Below are positions 30,919-41,527 of a stretch of DNA of 64,000 bases, one piece after another. The notes beneath the pieces are model-generated. The model ran no database searches. It worked only from the letters and a program-made list of their open reading frames with translations, and was not told the origin of the DNA. Location: positions 110-64,109 of the forward strand of contig JBJLER010000061.1 in assembly GCA_045565735.1 (NCBI GenBank), given 5' to 3'. Position 1 is the first letter of the stretch. Each line of letters starts with the position of its first letter. The position numbers and the translations under genes were made by a program. Source of the stretch: Pseudohongiellaceae bacterium. GTDB lineage: Bacteria; Pseudomonadota; Gammaproteobacteria; Pseudomonadales; Pseudohongiellaceae.

Positions 30919-32430
30919 TTAAGGCAGTCGAAATGCAAGAGTGTAGTTTACAGCCCCTGGACCGGGATCAATTATTTCTATGCTGACTTGGACTGGTGAC
31001 ATCGAGGGCATCATTGAGATATCTCTTAGAACTGGATCCAAATATTCGTCTGGAGCAAATTCTCGCAATGCAACTATTTCATTACTTACAGAATTGAAAC
31101 TTAACACCATCACCGGGAAAGCCTGAGGAAAGGTAGCAGTATTTCGAAACTCAATATTTACTATGAGTCCGTTTTCCAACTCGGGATGGCTCCGCACAGT
31201 CAAGGTATCACTGTGAATTGCGCTGATATCTGAATAGTCAGGTAAATCACATGCAGTAAATGTACAGACGAACACATATAGAGGCCGTACTCGGTCATTC
31301 TGGCTAAGTGCACCCATAGTTTGCCATAAATATTGTGATCCTAAGACTGTGCCCAGCAGCAATATTGTTATTCCAAGAAAGATTTGCCGACCGTACCTGC
31401 GTTGCACTCCAGCGATTAATTCAACTGGAGTGGATGAGATGTCCAAAGCGGCAATGTTTTCTTCGGGAATCGATTCCAGGGTTTCGCCGTCATCAAGCTG
31501 CGCCTGCAGTGCCCGCGCACGAATTTTTTCTGTGTCATCTTCTTCTCCAGCGGAATCTTTCTGTGGAGGAATGAATTCCGTAATTGACTGGGCGACAAAA
31601 TCATCCCGAGAAGCTAGGCCATCCCCAGATTCCTCTGGAATTGATTCTGAAAACATATCTTGAGGTGGGCTTTGAGTTTCAATAATGGTGTGGGCCGAAA
31701 AATCTTCGGGTAGTTCTCTAAATTGTTCGTTGGAATCTGGCTTCAGGCCAGTATCTTTATCAGGATAGTCCGATTCAGGATCTCTAACTTCCGCTGATTC
31801 TTCAGGTTTTGCTGTTTCGTGGGATTCATTTTGCTCAGGAGCTTGCTTAAAAGGGTCGACTAATTCATCGCTGGAATCTGGGAAAGGTTCCGGATCTATA
31901 GGTTCCGATTCAGAAATCAAAGGAGGTAGAAAATCTTCAAAAAAGGAAACTTCTCTCTCCTGAAGCTGTTCGAGTAAAACATTTTTTTCAGTTTCAGTTT
32001 CTTTTAGAGACTCTGCTATTGATTGCTCAACGGATTCAAAAAATTCATTTGTATATTCTTCTGAAAGTTCGAGATATTCTTTTTCGATGGGATCATTTTC
32101 TAAACTAGCTTCCACTGGTTCTTCAAATTCCTCCTCTATTTCTTCTTTTGTTACTTGGCTAATTTCTTCTATCTCTTCATCTCCTTGTTGAAGGGCGCTG
32201 CGGGTTAGGAATTTGGTTGGATCGAAATAATCCTGAGGATTGTTGCCCACAAAAACGGAATCTTCTTCGTGCGGGTATTCAGAAGCAAGCGGTTCAATAA
32301 AATTATCGATAGCTTGGAAAATTGTGAGGCAAGCGCCGCAGCGAACCTTTCCCTCCGCTAACCCCAGCATTGCAGCGTTGGTGTTAAAGGTTGATTCACA
32401 GCCAGGGCACTTCGTGACGTGAAGGGCCAT
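30919..32430 (-). CDS. Zinc-ribbon (MJ0042-type) / DUF3426 membrane protein with a long acidic linker
   Basis: N-terminal CPGC...CGAC zinc ribbon, an acidic low-complexity segment of about 280 aa, one TM helix (IFLGITILLLGTVLG) and a C-terminal beta-rich domain. It occupies the prmA-dusB spacer position, as in pseudomonads. Confidence 0.75.
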   Translation of the reverse strand: MALHVTKCPGCESTFNTNAAMLGLAEGKVRCGACLTIFQAIDNFIEPLASEYPHEEDSVFVGNNPQDYFDPTKFLTRSALQQGDEEIEEISQVTKEEIEEEFEEPVEASLENDPIEKEYLELSEEYTNEFFESVEQSIAESLKETETEKNVLLEQLQEREVSFFEDFLPPLISESEPIDPEPFPDSSDELVDPFKQAPEQNESHETAKPEESAEVRDPESDYPDKDTGLKPDSNEQFRELPEDFSAHTIIETQSPPQDMFSESIPEESGDGLASRDDFVAQSITEFIPPQKDSAGEEDDTEKIRARALQAQLDDGETLESIPEENIAALDISSTPVELIAGVQRRYGRQIFLGITILLLGTVLGSQYLWQTMGALSQNDRVRPLYVFVCTFTACDLPDYSDISAIHSDTLTVRSHPELENGLIVNIEFRNTATFPQAFPVMVLSFNSVSNEIVALREFAPDEYLDPVLRDISMMPSMSPVQVSIEIIDPGPGAVNYTLAFRLP

Positions 32431-32495
32431 TCACACCGTATCCGAATAGATTTAATTACTTCAGAAGCAGATTGTAGGTTAAGGCGGGCTGGATA

Positions 32496-33377
32496 TCACG
32501 CTTTGCGCGTACCAGTGATTAGTACCCATTCGTTTTCGATTATCGGAGCTTCCAGGACAAACCAGCGCTTATAGCAACTAAGCAGAGAAGGGATCTGTGC
32601 TTCGAGAATGCCCGAAAGAGCTATTTGTCCACCTGGCTTTACTAGATCGGCGAACTTTACCGAGAGATCAATCAGAGGCTCTGCCAGTATATTTGCGATT
32701 AGAATGTCCGGGCTGAGCTTTGGTAAGGCTCCAGGCAGATAGGCCGTGATGATGTCTTCGGCAATATTATTGCGATAGCTGTTGTCTATGGTGGCTGCAA
32801 TGGCCTGTGGATCGTTATCGACAGCATGCACTTTCTCCGCCCCTAGTAAAGCAGCAGCAATGGCGAGAACACCAGAACCGCAGCCATAATCGATAACTTC
32901 TTTTGTTTCGACTGCAGATTTCTCTAGCCAACGCAGACAAAGGGAAGTTGTTATATGGGTACCGCTGCCGAAGGCAAGTCCTGGGTCCAACATTAAGTTA
33001 ACAGCATTTGGGTCTGGAGGGGTCTGCCAGCTTGGATATATCCAGAGCTCTTCACCAAATTGCATCGGCTTAAAATCTGCCATCCAGCTTCTTTCCCAAT
33101 CCTTGTCTTCGATAACTTCTACAGCCAGATTTTCGTTATTCAATATTTGCGTGCTACCTTGCAAGTCAGCCAAGAGTGAATCTAATTCGACATTTCCATC
33201 GAATAGACACAATAGAAAGGTGTTATCCCACAAAGGTGTGCTATCTGGCTCCTTTTGGAATATAGGTTGATCCTCGGCATCAAGATAACTTATAGAAAGC
33301 GCACCGGACTCGATAAGGGTTTGCTCCAATTCCAAAGCATCATCAGACTTAAGTTGAATTTTCAGTTGTTGCCACAT
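32496..33377 (-). CDS. prmA: Ribosomal protein L11 methyltransferase
   Basis: DYGCGSGVLAIAA SAM motif. 293 aa. Downstream of accBC. Confidence 0.94.
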   Translation of the reverse strand: MWQQLKIQLKSDDALELEQTLIESGALSISYLDAEDQPIFQKEPDSTPLWDNTFLLCLFDGNVELDSLLADLQGSTQILNNENLAVEVIEDKDWERSWMADFKPMQFGEELWIYPSWQTPPDPNAVNLMLDPGLAFGSGTHITTSLCLRWLEKSAVETKEVIDYGCGSGVLAIAAALLGAEKVHAVDNDPQAIAATIDNSYRNNIAEDIITAYLPGALPKLSPDILIANILAEPLIDLSVKFADLVKPGGQIALSGILEAQIPSLLSCYKRWFVLEAPIIENEWVLITGTRKA

Positions 33378-33384
33378 GTAAATT

Positions 33385-34725
33385 TTACGAACTTAGTTTT
33401 TCTTCCAGATAGTGGATGTTGATTCCTCCTTTCTGGAATTCTGAGTCCCGCACTAGATCCCTTTGTAGTGGGATATTGCTCTTTATACCGTCGATTAGGA
33501 GTTCGTCGAGCGCAATCTGCATGCGAGTTAGCGCCTGATCTCTGTTGGCACCATGGCTGATTAGTTTGGCTATGAGTGAATCGTAATAGGGAGGCACGGT
33601 ATAGCCACTGTATAGATGGGAGTCTATGCGAACACCCGGCCCTCCTGGAGCATGAAATAATTTAACTTTACCCGGGCTGGGAATAAATTTCTCTGGATCC
33701 TCTGCGTTGATCCGGCATTCAAAGGCATGGCCTTGAATTTTAATGTTTTCTTGTTTGATTGAGAGTGGTTCGCCGGACGCGATGCGCAATTGTTCTTTTA
33801 CGATATCGAATCCTGTAACCATTTCAGTTACTGGATGCTCAACCTGAACTCGTGTATTCATCTCAATAAAATAAAAGCGCTCATCCTGATAGAGAAATTC
33901 TAATGTGCCGGCGCCACGATACTTCATGTTTTTGCAGGCTTGGATACAAGTAGCTGTCACCTCATTCCTTATCTCATCAGGAATGTTAGGTGCGGGTGCT
34001 TCTTCTAACACTTTTTGATGACGTCGTTGTAAAGAGCAATCTCGGTCTCCAAGGTGAATTGCATTGCCTTCGCCGTCACCAATCACCTGGATTTCAACAT
34101 GACGTGGATTTTCCAGAAACTTTTCTAAATAGACTATGCCACTGCCAAAGAATGATTGCGCTTCAGTGGATGTTACTTTGATAGTATTGAGCAGCTCTGT
34201 TTCGTCATAGACAACTCGCATGCCGCGACCTCCGCCACCAGCTGCTGCTTTAATGATTATTGGAAATCCAATTTCTAGTGCTAACTCAAGGGCACGCTCA
34301 TCGTTATCATCCAGCGGACCGTTGGAACCGGGAACCGTCGGCACACCAGCGTCCCGCATAACCTCAATGGCAGAAATTTTGTCTCCCATCATGCGGATAG
34401 TCTCGGCAGTAGGACCAATAAAACTAAATCCGCTGTTTTTTACCTGTTCTGCGAAATCTGCATTCTCAGAAAGAAAGCCATAGCCTGGATGAACAGCATC
34501 GGAGTCTGTCACTTCCATGGCGCTAATAATCGAAGGAATGTTCAAATAGCTATCAGTCGGGCTGGGTGCGCCAATGCATACCGATTCATCGGAGAGTCGC
34601 ACATGCATTAAATCTTTGTCGGCAACGGAATGAACAGCTACGGTTTTAATTCCGAGCTCTTTACAAGCACGAAGAATGCGAAGTGCAATTTCACCACGAT
34701 TCGCTATAAGAACTTTTTCAAGCAT
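33385..34725 (-). CDS. accC: Acetyl-CoA carboxylase biotin carboxylase subunit
   Basis: [26 protein letters not shown] and an ATP-grasp core. Confidence 0.97.
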   Translation of the reverse strand: MLEKVLIANRGEIALRILRACKELGIKTVAVHSVADKDLMHVRLSDESVCIGAPSPTDSYLNIPSIISAMEVTDSDAVHPGYGFLSENADFAEQVKNSGFSFIGPTAETIRMMGDKISAIEVMRDAGVPTVPGSNGPLDDNDERALELALEIGFPIIIKAAAGGGGRGMRVVYDETELLNTIKVTSTEAQSFFGSGIVYLEKFLENPRHVEIQVIGDGEGNAIHLGDRDCSLQRRHQKVLEEAPAPNIPDEIRNEVTATCIQACKNMKYRGAGTLEFLYQDERFYFIEMNTRVQVEHPVTEMVTGFDIVKEQLRIASGEPLSIKQENIKIQGHAFECRINAEDPEKFIPSPGKVKLFHAPGGPGVRIDSHLYSGYTVPPYYDSLIAKLISHGANRDQALTRMQIALDELLIDGIKSNIPLQRDLVRDSEFQKGGINIHYLEEKLSS

Positions 34726-34755
34726 ACTGGCAGACCCCTGAAAGGGTATACAATG

Positions 34756-35226
34756 TTAAATGATGGTTATTAAAGGTTGATCAAATTCAACGGGCTCGCC
34801 GTCTTCAACCAAGATAGCTTCAACTACTCCGGCATGATCTACTTCGATCTGATTCATCATCTTCATTGCTTCAACGATACAAACCACATCACCTACTTTT
34901 ACGTGAGTGCCAACTTCAACAAACGGTGGTGAAGATGGAGAAGGTGCGCGATAAAACGTTCCTACCATGGGTGATTGAATTGGAGTGCCTTTAGTGACAC
35001 TGGACGGAGCATCAGATTCTGCTTCTTTAGCTGCTGGTGCTGAGGCAGGTGCGGCCGGGGCAGGTGCGTAGGCTGGAGTGGGACCGGCTTGATATTGCAT
35101 CGTAGTAGGTACAACGGCAGACGCACGACTAATACGAACAGCTTCCTCGCCTTCTTTAATTTCTATTTCCGCAATGTCTGAAGCTTCTAACAATTCAATG
35201 AGCTTTTTTACTTTTCGAATATCCAT
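34756..35226 (-). CDS. accB: Acetyl-CoA carboxylase biotin carboxyl carrier protein
   Basis: Ala/Pro-rich linker and the biotinylation motif EAMKMMN. Confidence 0.96.
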   Translation of the reverse strand: MDIRKVKKLIELLEASDIAEIEIKEGEEAVRISRASAVVPTTMQYQAGPTPAYAPAPAAPASAPAAKEAESDAPSSVTKGTPIQSPMVGTFYRAPSPSSPPFVEVGTHVKVGDVVCIVEAMKMMNQIEVDHAGVVEAILVEDGEPVEFDQPLITII

Positions 35227-35295
35227 ATTTCATTCCAATATCGGTAGAGTTAATACGACTCTTCCCGCATGTTTCTGCTTTTAAAAATAGATGGT

Positions 35296-35736
35296 TTAAT
35301 TTTCTAGTCTTCTGAAAGCGGCCTGCAATGCTAACTCGTATCCTTGTGCGCCCAGTCCGACAATGCAGCCAATAGCAATGTCTGCGAAAAAGGAATGTTG
35401 ACGATATTCTTCTCTGGTAAACAAATTTGACAGATGAACTTCAATAAAAGGAATTTCAGCTGCCAATATCGCGTCGCGAATTGCGATGCTGGTATGAGTG
35501 AACCCACCGAAATTTACTACCATAAATTCTGTTTCATCGGTTCTCGCTACATGCAGGCGATTTATAAAATCTTCTTCTGCATTACTTTGCAGTGCAGTGA
35601 ATTCATGACCAACATCGGCGCACAAAGTTTGGCAGCGCTGATTAATGTCATCGAGCGTGTCCGAACCATAAATATCTGGTTCACGGTGTCCCAATAAATT
35701 GAGATTGGGACCGTGTAGGGCCAATATTTTCGCCAT
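35296..35736 (-). CDS. aroQ: 3-dehydroquinate dehydratase, type II
   Basis: LHGPNLNLLGHREP and IEVHLSN motifs. 146 aa. Confidence 0.95.
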   Translation of the reverse strand: MAKILALHGPNLNLLGHREPDIYGSDTLDDINQRCQTLCADVGHEFTALQSNAEEDFINRLHVARTDETEFMVVNFGGFTHTSIAIRDAILAAEIPFIEVHLSNLFTREEYRQHSFFADIAIGCIVGLGAQGYELALQAAFRRLEN

Positions 35737-35904
35737 TTTGTGCTTGTCCTAGGTGAGTTTTACGGATTAAGAAAAAATCCGTTTTGTTCCTGCCCGAAAG
35801 ATTCGCGGCATTTTCTCAGAAATTTAAAGGTAATTCACCCAATTTATTGGAAGATAACAGAAATTAACGACAATCTTGCCTGCAGTTGTAGGGGTAAGAG
35901 GTGG

Positions 35905-36384
35905 TTAGTGCAATAACTTAAATATAGAGCGCTGGGGTGGGTAACAGAAACCCCAATCGGCACAACCTTGATATTGAATCATAAGTTCTGCATTCGGGCC
36001 GGGAACTGTGGGTAACTCCAGATCCACACTAACCTGGTTGTAATAAGCCACGATCTGACCGAAGAATTGATCGGTTTTCTGAATTCCGTCCGGCAACTCA
36101 AAATCCACCGAGAGGCTGTCACTATCAGCAATTTGACGTAAGTTGAATTGGAACGCATGCCGGTACAGATAGTGGCCTGGAGCCAGATTCCAAGTTACGC
36201 GATATTTGCCAGGGCTAAGTTCACTTACAAAATAAGGGAAGGCTTGTTCTAAGGGAAGTGGCGCCGGCTGGGCCTGGTTTTGCTGAGTAAAACTAGTGAT
36301 TGCTGGGCGATCAAGTTGCGCCAGGGAAATCTGAGGTAAACCCAGTAAGAGCATAGCGCAGCCGATTGTCAGTATTTTCCCCAT
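35905..36384 (-). CDS. Stand-alone DsbD N-terminal (alpha) domain-like periplasmic protein
   Basis: Signal peptide MGKILTIGCAMLLLGLPQISLAQ. YQGCADWGFCYPP nearly matches the E. coli nDsbD active-site segment YQGCADAGFCYPP. The ORF ends about 20 residues later. No transmembrane or thioredoxin domain follows. Confidence 0.7.
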   Translation of the reverse strand: MGKILTIGCAMLLLGLPQISLAQLDRPAITSFTQQNQAQPAPLPLEQAFPYFVSELSPGKYRVTWNLAPGHYLYRHAFQFNLRQIADSDSLSVDFELPDGIQKTDQFFGQIVAYYNQVSVDLELPTVPGPNAELMIQYQGCADWGFCYPPQRSIFKLLH

Positions 36385-36442
36385 GGCTATTCGACCAGTA
36401 TTAAAGTGGTTTTGTTCCTGAAAGTTCAAAAAATGCTTTGAG

Positions 36443-37660
36443 CTAGGATTGGTATCGATCGAATACTAAACAAGCATTAGTGCCGCCGAAACCAAAGCTG
36501 TTCGACATAATTCGATTCAGTTTCAAGTTGTCCTTGCGCTCCCGTGCAATTGGAAATCCTTCAGCTCCTTCGTCCAGGTTTTCGATGTTGGCGGAAGCAG
36601 CTATAAAATCATTTTCCATCATTAATAAACTGTATGTGGCTTCATGCACTCCTGCCGCTCCTAGGGAGTGTCCACTTAACGATTTAGTAGAATTAATTGT
36701 AGGAATATTGTCAGCAAACACGCTGCGAATTGCATTTAACTCGGTAATGTCTCCTGCTGGAGTGCTAGTTCCATGAGCATTAATGTAGTCCACCGGTCCT
36801 CCAAGATTTGCAACGGCGATCTGCATTGCACGGGCACCGCCTTCACCAGACGGGGCGACCATGTCATGGCCATCAGAGGTTGCACCATAGCCTGTCACTT
36901 CAGCATAAATTTTTGCACCACGTTGCAATGCGTGATCTAGGGCTTCGACAACTAACATGCCACCACCTCCCGCAGCAACGAATCCATCACGATTTGCATC
37001 ATAAGCTCGGGATGCTTTTCCCGGTGTGTCATTGTATTTGGATGAGAGTGCGCCCATGGCATCAAACTGATGGGATAGGGTCCAGTGCTCAGACTCACCA
37101 CCACCAGCAAAAATTAAGTCTTGTTTTTCCATTTGGATAAGTTCAGCTGCGTTACCGATGCAGTGAGCACTGGTAGCACACGCTGAAGAGATGGAGTAAT
37201 TGATACCCTTGATCTTGAACGCCGTTGCAAGGCATGCAGAAATGGAACTGGCCATGGTTCTAGGAACACGATAAGGCCCTACCCGTTTCACCCCTTTTTC
37301 TCTTGCAATGTCGTTAGATTCAAGTTGATCTTGCGGAGAACCCCCACCTGCGCCAGCGACGATGCCAGTTCTATGATTAGAAATATGCTTTTCTGTTAAT
37401 CCCGCATCTTCAATTGCTTCCTGCATTGCAATATAGGCAAAGGCGGCAGAATCTCCCATGAAGCGTGCTAGCTTTCGATCTATAAGTTCAGCAGTATCTA
37501 GCTGTACTGATCCGCTGACATGACTGCGCATACCAATCTCTGCATACTCTTCGTTAAAGCGTATCCCACTTCGTCCACTCTTTAATGAGTCTAAAACTTC
37601 GGCCTTGTTGTTCCCCAGACAAGACACGATACCGATACCGGTAATTACAACTCGTCGCAT
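36443..37660 (-). CDS. fabB: 3-oxoacyl-ACP synthase I
   Basis: Active-site [19 protein letters not shown] and GHSLGAAG. It lies downstream of fabA. Confidence 0.93.
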   Translation of the reverse strand: MRRVVITGIGIVSCLGNNKAEVLDSLKSGRSGIRFNEEYAEIGMRSHVSGSVQLDTAELIDRKLARFMGDSAAFAYIAMQEAIEDAGLTEKHISNHRTGIVAGAGGGSPQDQLESNDIAREKGVKRVGPYRVPRTMASSISACLATAFKIKGINYSISSACATSAHCIGNAAELIQMEKQDLIFAGGGESEHWTLSHQFDAMGALSSKYNDTPGKASRAYDANRDGFVAAGGGGMLVVEALDHALQRGAKIYAEVTGYGATSDGHDMVAPSGEGGARAMQIAVANLGGPVDYINAHGTSTPAGDITELNAIRSVFADNIPTINSTKSLSGHSLGAAGVHEATYSLLMMENDFIAASANIENLDEGAEGFPIARERKDNLKLNRIMSNSFGFGGTNACLVFDRYQS

Positions 37661-37683
37661 AGAAGCCTCAATTCTTGATTTGC

Positions 37684-38229
37684 CTAAAATGATTGGTCGG
37701 GAGTGAAGAGACCAACTTTAAGTGCTTTTGTTGTGTAGATAACTTTGCCATCAACCGCCACTGAGCCGTCCGCGATGCCGACTACAAGTTTACGTTCGAT
37801 AACTCTACTAATTGAAAGTTCGTAAACTACTTCCGTTGCATCCGGCAATATTTCACCTGTGAATTTTACTTCCTTAGCACCAAGTGCTCTTCCTTTACCA
37901 GAAAAACCTCTCCAAGCAAGGAAGAAGCCGACTAATTGCCAGAGAGCGTCTAGGCCTAAACAACCTGGCATAACAGGATCGCCTGGAAAGTGGCAATCAA
38001 AAAACCAAAGATCGGGCTTGATATCGAGTTTGGCGATAATCTGTCCACGACCGAACTCGCCACCGTCAGCATTGATTTCGGCAATTCGATCAAGCATAAG
38101 CATATTATTGACGGGAAGTTTTGCGTTACCTGGCCCGAACAATTTCCCGTACCCACAATCTACTAATTCAGTTAGTTCGTAGGAGTTTTGGGGAATGAAG
38201 TCGTCATTCCGTTCTTTCATTGAGATCAC
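37684..38229 (-). CDS. fabA: 3-hydroxydecanoyl-ACP dehydratase/isomerase
   Basis: [20 protein letters not shown] hot-dog active site. fabA-fabB operon. Confidence 0.94.
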   Translation of the reverse strand: MISMKERNDDFIPQNSYELTELVDCGYGKLFGPGNAKLPVNNMLMLDRIAEINADGGEFGRGQIIAKLDIKPDLWFFDCHFPGDPVMPGCLGLDALWQLVGFFLAWRGFSGKGRALGAKEVKFTGEILPDATEVVYELSISRVIERKLVVGIADGSVAVDGKVIYTTKALKVGLFTPDQSF

Positions 38230-38297
38230 GCCCCTCCAGGGCCGTATTCACAAGGCATGGGATATTATCGTGCCGGGCCTAAATAATCGATATAAAT

Positions 38298-38326
38298 TTG
38301 TGCACAAGCTGGTTACTAATTAGTAA
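38298..38326. promoter_or_regulatory. Two perfect palindromes in the fabA / manC divergent promoter region (candidate operators)
   Basis: TTGTGCACAA (38298-38307) and TTACTAATTAGTAA (38313-38326) are each exactly self-complementary. They are 5 bp apart and lie 70-100 bp from both start codons. Confidence 0.3.
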
Positions 38327-38395
38327 ATTCTTGCCGCTTTATTAAAAGCAACAATTATTTGCTACTATTGTCTCTTGAATGTTCAGGTGAATACT

Positions 38396-39820
38396 ATGTT
38401 TCTTCCCGTAGTAATAGCAGGGGGCATCGGGTCCAGACTGTGGCCAGTGTCGAGAGCACTTTTACCTAAGCAGTTTATTCACTTTCCCCAATACCAAGGA
38501 TCCCTTTTTCAAAATACATTGCGGCGAGTCGAGGGCATTGCAGATATTAGCGAACCTCTAGTTGTGTGTAATGCAGATCATCGATTCTTGGTAGCAGAAC
38601 AACTTAGAGAGCTTGGTAGAAGTGACAGAAGTATTCTATTGGAGCCAATAGGCCGCAACACTGCGCCCGCTGTTGCCATGGCAGCGTTTCTAGCATTGCA
38701 GAAAAATCCAGAAGCAATTTTACTTGTACTACCCTCTGATCATTTAATCAAAAACAATGAAAATTTTTATGCTGCTGTTAATGATGCAGTGAAGTTAGCT
38801 AGAAAAAACTTCTTAATTACATTTGGAATAGTGCCAGGTACCCCAGAAACGGGATACGGATATATAAATAAAGGTGAAGTAATAGAGGGAAGTAATGGAT
38901 ATTTGGTTTCTGAGTTTGTTGAGAAGCCTGATAAGCAAGCTGCGGAATCTTATCTTGCAACCGGTGACTATTTTTGGAATAGCGGAATGTTTGTTTTTTC
39001 TGCCAAAAATTATCTTGACGAATTAAAGACACATGCAGAGGATATTTATAGCGCCTGTGAAAAGGCCTTAGCTGCAATTGAGGAGGGTGAGGATTTTGAC
39101 AGAATACCAGAGAGGGAATTCAGTGAAGTGCGCAGCGATTCAATCGACTACGCGGTGATGGAGAAAACCTCCAAGGCAGCAATGGTGCCGCTGGATGCGG
39201 GTTGGAACGATCTCGGCGCTTGGGATGCGATGTGGGAGGCGGATGAAAAGGATGCAGAAGGGAATTCAATCATCGGAGATGTGTTCACCGAGGGTGTTGC
39301 CAATAGTTATATCCAGGCACATTCTCGCCTGGTAGCGGCAGTTGGCCTTGAAGATGCAATAATCGTTGAAACCCCAGATGCAGTGTTAGTGTCTAGCAAA
39401 GAAAAATTACAATCAGTTAAACAGATCGTCGAACAGATCGAAGCGAACGATAGAGAAGAATGTAGTAGCCATACTAAGGTCTTTCGGCCTTGGGGATCAT
39501 ATGAATCAATAGTCAATCGTGACGGCTACCAAGTTAAGCACATAATTGTGAACCCAGGTGAAGCACTGTCATTGCAACTTCACCATCATCGAGCCGAGCA
39601 TTGGACGGTTATAAAAGGGAAAGGAGTGGTCACTTGCGATGGGAATGAAATCACTCTCGGAGCAAATGAAAGTATTTTCATTCCATTGGGCAGTAAACAT
39701 AGACTGGCAAATCCATTCGAAGAAGCGATAGAAATTATCGAGGTTCAGGTGGGAGATTATTTGGGAGAAGATGATATTGTGCGTTTTGAAGATAAATATG
39801 GGCGTATTGATAGATCATGA
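38396..39820 (+). CDS. manC: Mannose-1-phosphate guanylyltransferase / mannose-6-phosphate isomerase (type II PMI-GMP)
   Basis: VVIAGGIGSRLWPVSR nucleotidyltransferase motif and a C-terminal cupin (HHHRAEHWTVIKG). The ATG at 38396 is preceded by AGGTGA. Confidence 0.9.
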   Translation: MFLPVVIAGGIGSRLWPVSRALLPKQFIHFPQYQGSLFQNTLRRVEGIADISEPLVVCNADHRFLVAEQLRELGRSDRSILLEPIGRNTAPAVAMAAFLALQKNPEAILLVLPSDHLIKNNENFYAAVNDAVKLARKNFLITFGIVPGTPETGYGYINKGEVIEGSNGYLVSEFVEKPDKQAAESYLATGDYFWNSGMFVFSAKNYLDELKTHAEDIYSACEKALAAIEEGEDFDRIPEREFSEVRSDSIDYAVMEKTSKAAMVPLDAGWNDLGAWDAMWEADEKDAEGNSIIGDVFTEGVANSYIQAHSRLVAAVGLEDAIIVETPDAVLVSSKEKLQSVKQIVEQIEANDREECSSHTKVFRPWGSYESIVNRDGYQVKHIIVNPGEALSLQLHHHRAEHWTVIKGKGVVTCDGNEITLGANESIFIPLGSKHRLANPFEEAIEIIEVQVGDYLGEDDIVRFEDKYGRIDRS

Positions 39821-40059
39821 TCGCCATTACTAAACATTGGTCCTTGCGGTTAGCTAGGGCACAGACTTCTTTCTGTCTTCCAGGGCGATGTCCAAAGAAA
39901 TATTGCCCATAGTGACTAAGTTGCTGATTCAATATGAGTGGAAGAAACCATGGAAGTAGGCAATGTTATCATCTACAAACTTGGGGGCCGTCGCTTCGAC
40001 TGCGTTAGCATCGACGGTTTTATCGAAGCTACCAACCATACCTACAATCTGCAGAATCA

Positions 40060-41412
40060 ATGAGCGAAGAACTAAGCTGCTTTAAGGCCTATGATGTAAG
40101 GGGTAGAGTTCCAGATCAGCTCAACGAAAACATCGCCTATCGAATCGGTCGTGCCTATGGCCAATTTCTTTCTCCGCAGCGAGTCGTTGTCGGCTATGAC
40201 ATACGTTTAACCAGCCAAGAACTGTGCACAGCTCTTACTAAAGGTCTAATTGATTCCAATGCAGATGTAGTGAACATTGGTCTGTGTGGAGCGGAGGAAA
40301 TCTATTTTGCCACTTCCCATCTCGATTTCGATGGTGGGATTGTCGTAACTGCTAGTCACAATCCTAAAGACTACAACGGCATGAAATTTGTGCGCGAAAA
40401 CTCAAAACCAATAAGCGGAGATACTGGACTCAAGAAAATTCAACTGCTGGCAGAACAAAATCAGTTTTCGGAACCAACTTCAATCGGCAATGTCACATCG
40501 GAAGATATTAAAGCCGCTTACATCGAGCATTTATTGAGTTACATTGATGTTACCGCATTACAGCCATTCAAAATTGTTTGTAATGCTGGTAATGGTGCGG
40601 CGGGTCAGATTATCGATTTAGTAGAAAGTCACTTGCCATTCGATTTTTCTAAAGTGCATCACGAGGCAGACGGCAACTTTCCTCATGGGGTGCCAAATCC
40701 ATTACTCAAAGAAAATCGCGAGTCAACTGTAAAAGCTATTATCGAGAATGAAGCTGATATTGGAATCGCTTGGGACGGTGACTTCGATCGTTGCTTTTTC
40801 TTTGATGAGGGAGGCCGATTCATCGATGGGTACTATATTGTCGGGCTGCTGGCCCAGTCCTTCCTGTCGAGTTATCCAGGAGCAAAGGTTGTTCATGATC
40901 CACGACTGACCTGGAATACGATAGAGATCGCCAATGAAAATGGCGGCGATGCAATCTGTTGTAAGACAGGCCACGCATTCATCAAAGAACGTATGCGAAA
41001 AGAAGACGCGATTTATGGTGGAGAGATCAGCGCCCATCATTACTTTCGAGATTTTTTCTACTGCGACAGTGGCATGGTGCCTTGGTTGTTAGTAGTGGAA
41101 CTAATGGCGAAACAAAACAAACGGCTGTCCGAACTAGTAAATAAGAGAATGGAAGCCTTTCCCGCCAGTGGCGAGATTAATAGCGCTATTGATGATCCTG
41201 TAGCTTTATTAGAAATAATTGAAGAGAAATATTCTGAAGGAGCAGAATCCATCGATCACATCGATGGGCTCTCTATAACATATCCTGATTGGCGATTTAA
41301 CCTGCGTATGTCGAATACAGAACCTTTGGTCAGACTCAACGTCGAATCCAAAGCCAACGAATCTTTAATGCAAGCAAAGACAAAAGAACTATTAGACCTA
41401 ATTAGGTCTTAA
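40060..41412 (+). CDS. manB: Phosphomannomutase (alpha-D-phosphohexomutase family)
   Basis: Active-site [14 protein letters not shown] and the metal loop [11 protein letters not shown]. 450 aa. Confidence 0.9.
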   Translation: MSEELSCFKAYDVRGRVPDQLNENIAYRIGRAYGQFLSPQRVVVGYDIRLTSQELCTALTKGLIDSNADVVNIGLCGAEEIYFATSHLDFDGGIVVTASHNPKDYNGMKFVRENSKPISGDTGLKKIQLLAEQNQFSEPTSIGNVTSEDIKAAYIEHLLSYIDVTALQPFKIVCNAGNGAAGQIIDLVESHLPFDFSKVHHEADGNFPHGVPNPLLKENRESTVKAIIENEADIGIAWDGDFDRCFFFDEGGRFIDGYYIVGLLAQSFLSSYPGAKVVHDPRLTWNTIEIANENGGDAICCKTGHAFIKERMRKEDAIYGGEISAHHYFRDFFYCDSGMVPWLLVVELMAKQNKRLSELVNKRMEAFPASGEINSAIDDPVALLEIIEEKYSEGAESIDHIDGLSITYPDWRFNLRMSNTEPLVRLNVESKANESLMQAKTKELLDLIRS

Positions 41413-41527
41413 TTTGCTTTGGAATCTATTATGTGCAGGGTGCATTCGCTGCCTTTCCCTAAGCCATCTATTCTTGCTTGAGCGTTAGCCATGACACTAA
41501 TAAAAAGAATAAAAGAAAAGTTTCCTC

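Noticed and set aside
35737-35904. Hairpin ACGGATT-AAGAAAA-AATCCGT (about 35784-35804) between the nDsbD-like gene and aroQ.
   Set aside because: The U-tract follows it only on the plus strand, where no gene is transcribed. On the coding strand it lacks a U-run. It is not interpretable as a terminator without transcript data.
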